In this document: one piece after another, positions 58,704-64,000 of the stretch
How the letters are laid out: every line of letters starts with the position of its first letter
How positions within the stretch are numbered: position 1 is the first letter of the stretch
DNA from: Ascidiella aspersa
Taxonomy: Eukaryota
Assembly (NCBI GenBank): GCA_963924565.1
Contig: OZ004610.1
Span: 29,450,001-29,514,000, forward strand
Direction of reading: 5' to 3'
Length of the DNA: 64,000 bases
Translations under genes and position numbers: made by a program
The notes under the pieces: model-generated
What the model was told of the DNA's origin: nothing
Database searches by the model: none
Seen by the model: the letters and a program-made list of their open reading frames with translations, nothing else

Positions 58704-59318
58704 CAGTGGTTCCCAAACTGTGGTACGCCTACCACCGATGGTACGCGAGAGTATTTTAGGTGGTACGCGACTAACTGCAGCATACGTATAAATTTGCGAA
58801 AACTGAAACTTTCGGGATTGGGTAATTTCTAATGTCGTTTAAGTTCCCTGTGGTTTCGCACGTTTATGATGTAACACTTATCTTGTTCAAGATAATAAAA
58901 CGCTAATTGTTAGCTGGTTTAATATGTATTTAATAATAATGCACTGATAGCAGCAGTGTAGTATTGTCGTATGTATATTGATATTTCAATGATATTGAGC
59001 TTCTGTAATTTCTTCTAAAATAGAGGAATAATGAGAGGACTAAATTTTGTTGAGAATTTAGGAACATGTCTAAACGAAAGTACAGTCAGGCTTACATAAA
59101 GTACGGGTTTGTAGCTATTGATAACAAAGGAGAAGCTCTTCCGCAATGTTTAGTTTGTGTGAAATATGTTATCATCATGCTTGAACCGAGTGACCGAACT
59201 AGTAAATTTCGTCAAATCTTCTGCCTTTAATACTCGGTTGTTTAAACGTCTTTGTGAGAATCTCAGTTCAAATTACACCTGTTTTCTCTATTACACAGAG
59301 GTGCGCTGGCTCTCACGT
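58704..59318 (+). mobile_element. Deleted hAT (Buster/Charlie, ZBED5-like) transposon relic
   Basis: Left TIR CAGTGGTTCCCAAACT with GGTACGC repeats. 59066-59163 encodes MSKRKYSQAYIKYGFVAIDNKGEALPQCLVC (BED-finger start). 59202-59318 encodes VNFVKSSAFNTRLFKRLC...YTEVRWLSR (hAT RW motif). Confidence 0.9.
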
Positions 59319-60646
59319 CCATCGCATTAAAACAATTGCTGCGTTTTGTATAATGTATGGCTTTTATGTCTTCCTGGAATGACATTTGTGAAACTTGATT
59401 ACACCTACGCCATAACGTAGGCATATGGTTTTTACAAAAGTTATATAAAATTGCAGTTTTTCCTAGGCTTGAATTAAAATGAATATAGTTAGACTCTTTT
59501 TCTGAACATTAGTAACAAAGTGTCTGTTTAGTGACGTATTTTTGAAATATATTTTAGCACTAATACTGGCTAATTTGGCTGAATTGACTATTTTATTTTA
59601 TCAAGAGAGACTAAAAAGTTTTCATGTGGAACTATTTAAGATCTATATGGCCTATTTTTTATTTGGTATCAATACACTATTCATAAAATATGACGTTTGA
59701 TCGGCATCCATTTGGTTTTACATAATTTTTGTTAGGACAAATGTTTTAAGAAGGCCAATTCCCACGTCATAACTTGGCCTGGCCGACTTGGTCCAATTAA
59801 GTTTTATGTTATCCTAATAATGTTCTTTAAAGTGAGATCAATCTCTAGTACTTATAAGCATTTTAAAATTTTGAATCAAGAAGAAATCAAAATGATATTT
59901 TTTACGAGATTTGTTTTAGTTACTGGCATTTTTTTCTTTATGTTTCAAGAAAAAATATTTTTTGTAATTAATTATTTTTTCATCAAGGATGAGACTCCTA
60001 TGTCTGTTTACAGATTTATGTTGGCTTAAGTTGTCTACAATGCTAGGGTATTTATTATTCGTATTATAATAAAAATAACTCAAAGAAGAGTCGGCTAATA
60101 TATAAATTTTTATTTCAGTTTATTCTCATTTGCTTCGGCTTTGTTTAATGTTAGCTAAAAGGCCAGATTTAGTTTGGTTGAATAGTCCCATTTTGCTTCT
60201 TTTACTATGAAGATGCTCACTCTATTACTGATATTATACAAGAATTGGGAAAATGGTATATAAGACGACGTATGTATTGAACGAAGTGTGTTTTTTTGGA
60301 CAATAATGGTGATCTAATTTTTGTTTGATTCAACTTACATCGTAGAGTATTGTAGTTGGTATTTCATGGATCTGTTTCGTGTACACATTTTATTAATCGT
60401 TTTCGAATAACTCGAGAGTCTCATATCGTTTGGTTTTTATAGTAAGCATCCTCCCGTCTTGTCTAAACTTCACCCACTATTTTTTCTAGATGCTGTGCTA
60501 AATTCTCTACATGCTTTTTAACCAAAATCATATTTTGTAACTGCCAAGCAGACAGATCAGATTTTATTGAATATTTTTTTTAAATGGTCGAATTTGAAAT
60601 AAATAAAAAGTAGGACGTCTGATCCAGTTCTGTAGTGAAGAGCAGT

Positions 60647-63600
60647 TTACTCCTGAAACAAATAAAAAAGTAATTAATATTTGTTGATCAAACGAAATGT
60701 AAAGTATCGTGTGATTATTATAGCAAACGTCAGATTTTCTTTTCTTCGGCGAAAAATTTACCTTATGGTCTCTAGCCTTGGATCTCAACTTGCTAAGAGC
60801 AGACTCAGCCATATCAGCTCTCTCCTCTGCATCATCAAGCTCGTGTTGCAGTTTTCTGTATTTGCTCAGATTCGTGTTGGCTTGTTCCTCCTGCAAATTT
60901 AATACAATTAATAAATCTTTTTCAACCATGATAGTAGTCTGTTATGACTTGCATCAGTTGTTATAACTATTTATACACCTTTTCCCTGTGCTATTTTTAA
61001 CTTCCAATTTCATTTAAATGATGAAATATATGACTGTGGTACGTAAATTAATTTACAAGTTAAAGCTTCACTTACGGCTTCCTCAGCTTGTCTCTTGTAT
61101 GTCTTAACTTTGATCTGGAGTTTGTCGACGAGATCCTGGATTCTGGTCAAGTTCTTCTTGTCCTCCTCTCCCTGGTAAGTGATCTCCTTCAACTTGCGTT
61201 CCATCTTGCGCTGTCCCTTAACGGAGTCGCTATTGCGCCTTTGCTCAGAGTCAAGTTCGTTCTCAAGTTCACGAATCTAGAAATAGACGAGTTGATTGAA
61301 TTGTATGGAGACATTTTTTATCGAAATGTTTTTTTGCAGTAAAGCGTTTTCGACCAACTTACTCTAGTTTCCAGTTTCTGGACTTGTTTCTTTCCTCCTT
61401 TCATTGCAATGTTTTCAGCCTCGTCCAATCGTTGCTGCAAGTCTTTCACCGTCTGCTCCATATTCTTCTTCATTCTTTCCAAGTGAGAAGAAAGATCTTG
61501 TTCCTTCTTAAGTTCTTCAGCCATGGTAGCAGCCTGAATAAAACACAAATGGTTATGGTTTGCAATGTGTCTCAAATAAGCGTTATGGGTCAACGAGACT
61601 CACATCAACAATAGCCTTCTTGGCCTTGTCTTCGGCGTTTCTTTGTTCCTGAACGGACTCTTCGACCTCGGATTGCATGGTTTGGAGTTCACCCTCAAGC
61701 TTACGTTTCTGGTTGATGAGGGCCGTATTTTGCGTGTGGAGAAGGTTGGAGCGTTCGCTGTAAACAAATATCATAATAGTTTTTGATTGCCTCATTCATC
61801 ATTGCACGAACAATGCAATACTGACGGAAACATCAGTGATAACTATTAAAAGAGCAAATTAAACATTTTATAAATACAAACCTGCTTTCAAGGAGCTCAG
61901 TCTCAGCCAACTTGCGTCCACGTTCAGCTTGCTCAAGAGCAGATCTTAACTCTTCGATCTCAGCATTGAGGAGGTTGCTACGACGCTCGATCACGGCCGA
62001 TTGTTCCTGGAAGTCCTCGGATTGTCTCTGAGCCTCATCCACTTGCATTTCAAGATCCTACGTGTAGGTAATAAAAAGCTTAATGTACGTTTCCAAACGA
62101 CATATTTCTACTTTTAAATCACTGTAAATACCTTGATATGAGATACAACGGACTTGGCTTGCTTCTGGGCTTCAGACGCTTGTCGGTTGGCGTGTCCAAG
62201 TTGGATTTCAAGGTCATTGAGATCACCTTCCATCTTCTTCTTGATCCTGACAGCTTCTTGACGAGCTTTGCTCTCTGAGTCGAGGGTTGTTTGCATTGAT
62301 TCAATGGCACGTTGTTGGTTGCGTCTGTTTTACAGGGTTAGCGTTAAAAAAGCCCGAACTAGAACAATGTGGAATATGTACAAACAAATTTTGTTCTTCA
62401 ATTACCTTTGATTGTCGAGTTCTTCATCCTTCTCTGAAACTCTTCGCTCAAACTCTTGCTTGACTTGAGCAAGTTCAACCTGCAATCGCAGGACCTTTGA
62501 TTCCTCTCCCTCGATTGCTCCTTCAGCTTCTTCAAGAGCGGCTTGCATCTCGTTGCGCTCGTGCTCCAAAGTTCTCTTGGCTTTTTCCAGTTCGTGTATG
62601 CTCTTACCTCCCTCTCCAAGTTGATCGGTAAGATCAGCAATTTCCTCTGTGGGAAGAAGGAATTTAATATTACTTGATGAATAAATCTAATTATGTTTGT
62701 ATTAGCAAAATTTACCTTGAAGATTCTTATTTTCGCGCTTTACAGTTTCTAGAGCATCAAGTGACTCTTCGTAAGCATTCTTCATCTTGAAGAGCTCAGT
62801 TGAAAGGCTTCTTGCTTCTTTCTGGGATTGTTCCAATTCTACCTGAACCTCTTCTTGCTTCTGCTTGTGTTCAGCAAGAACCTGTTATACACATTTTAAT
62901 GTAAAGTTAGGGTTGCAAACGGAATACAATCAAATTATTGCAGGTTTGGCTTCAACTTTTCACGTCAACATTCTGCTTATTGCACACAATATAATAAAGT
63001 TTTCGATTTGTTATGTAGCGTTGAACGCTAATTTACCTTGTCGAAGTTTCGCTGCTTTTTGTCCAATGAAGCTGCGGCAGAGTTGGATCGTTCTAAGTCG
63101 ATAGTAAGATCCTCGATTTCTCCCTGAAGACGGTTCTTTGTCTTCTCGAGACTCGATGCCTTCGCTTGCATGGCTTCAACCTGCTCCTCGGCGTCTTGGA
63201 GGCGAGCGGCAAGCTTTTTCCTGTTATAATATATTGTTGTCATTTAAATTATTCTTTTTTACGTGCTCGAATAATATCACTTTCACAAAACAACTAATAG
63301 TTGATCAAAGTTAGAATTTGAGTTGGAACTTTTCGATACGAATAAGATTTCGTAAGCTTAAGAAAAAAAAACTCACTTCGCATCTTCGAGTTCCTCTGTA
63401 CGCTGGATTGCGTCAGTCTCGTATTTGTTCCTCCATTGAGCAACTTCAGCGTTTGCTTTGGAAAGAGCTCGTTGGAGTTCGGCCTTTGCTTCTTGCTCTT
63501 CTTCGTATTGCTCCCGCAAGAGGTCGTTGTCGTGGCGAGCAGCCTGGACAGCGTGAGCAAGAGCAGCCTTAGCCTTGGTCTCCTCTTCAACAACTCGCTT

Positions 63601-64000
63601 AAGTTCGTCGATTTGCTGCGAGGAGCTGTTTTTGCTGCGGGTCAGTTGCGCCATAAGGTGTTCGCGTTCCTCCAACTGGCGGCTGAATTCACCTACAGAA
63701 CATGTTATTTAGTATTAAATATTAAACCTAATGCGACAAGTCGTGCTATTTTACTTACCATTCTCAGATGAGAGTCTTGCTTTGGCCGCGTTGAGCTCGT
63801 TGACTTCTTTAGTAAAGTTGTCGTTCTTCATCTTAGACTCGTTAAGCTGCTCCTCCAAGTTGCGTGACATCTTTTCGTAGTTGAGCTTGGCCTTGGTGAC
63901 GCTCTCAACGTTGGTGGCGAGATCATCGATCTCCATCTTCATTTCACTTTTCTCCTTCTCCAACTTTTGCTTAACCCGTTGCAAATTGTCAATCTGAGAA
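60647..64000 (-). CDS. MYH: Second tandem myosin heavy chain gene, 3' part (light meromyosin exons; continues beyond the window)
   Basis: Same exon series as copy 1 at an offset of ~13.97 kb with essentially identical translation; TAA at 60647-60649. Confidence 0.97.

Noticed and set aside
60500-64000. Second myosin as an uncollapsed haplotype
   Set aside because: Some introns and the 3' flanks are unalignable, which fits paralogues better (not formally excluded).

Overview
Eukaryotic, AT-rich, intron-dense invertebrate-chordate DNA, most consistent with an ascidian (tunicate); this is inferred from the myosin sequence, the short GT-AG introns and the muscle promoter motifs. Manual splicing of the ORF fragments gives the following. 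(1) Possible last exons of a + strand gene at the left edge. (2) A ~24 kb minus-strand gene (27645->3295) for a largely disordered protein ending in a C8orf89-like motif. It has a GC-AG intron and a 2.75 kb alternative exon, which is the '899 aa ORF'. (3) An 8-exon + strand gene (34804-40810, 491 aa): signal peptide, then a mature N-terminal His domain with LPMO/histidine-brace hallmarks, a Thr/Pro linker with Trp-rich repeats, and a CBM2-like domain. This is the best candidate for an undescribed system, a copper polysaccharide-active enzyme in a cellulose-making animal. (4) A 4-exon MAVS-like CARD adaptor (41976-44750). (5) One complete and one partial tandem sarcomeric myosin heavy chain gene with a mosaic gene-conversion signature. 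Also present are many hAT-type MITEs with 8-bp TSDs, a Buster/Charlie transposase relic, two long hairpins and local tandem duplications. No rRNA, tRNA or CRISPR was seen. All exon models were built by eye and family assignments come from remembered motifs; none has been checked against a database.
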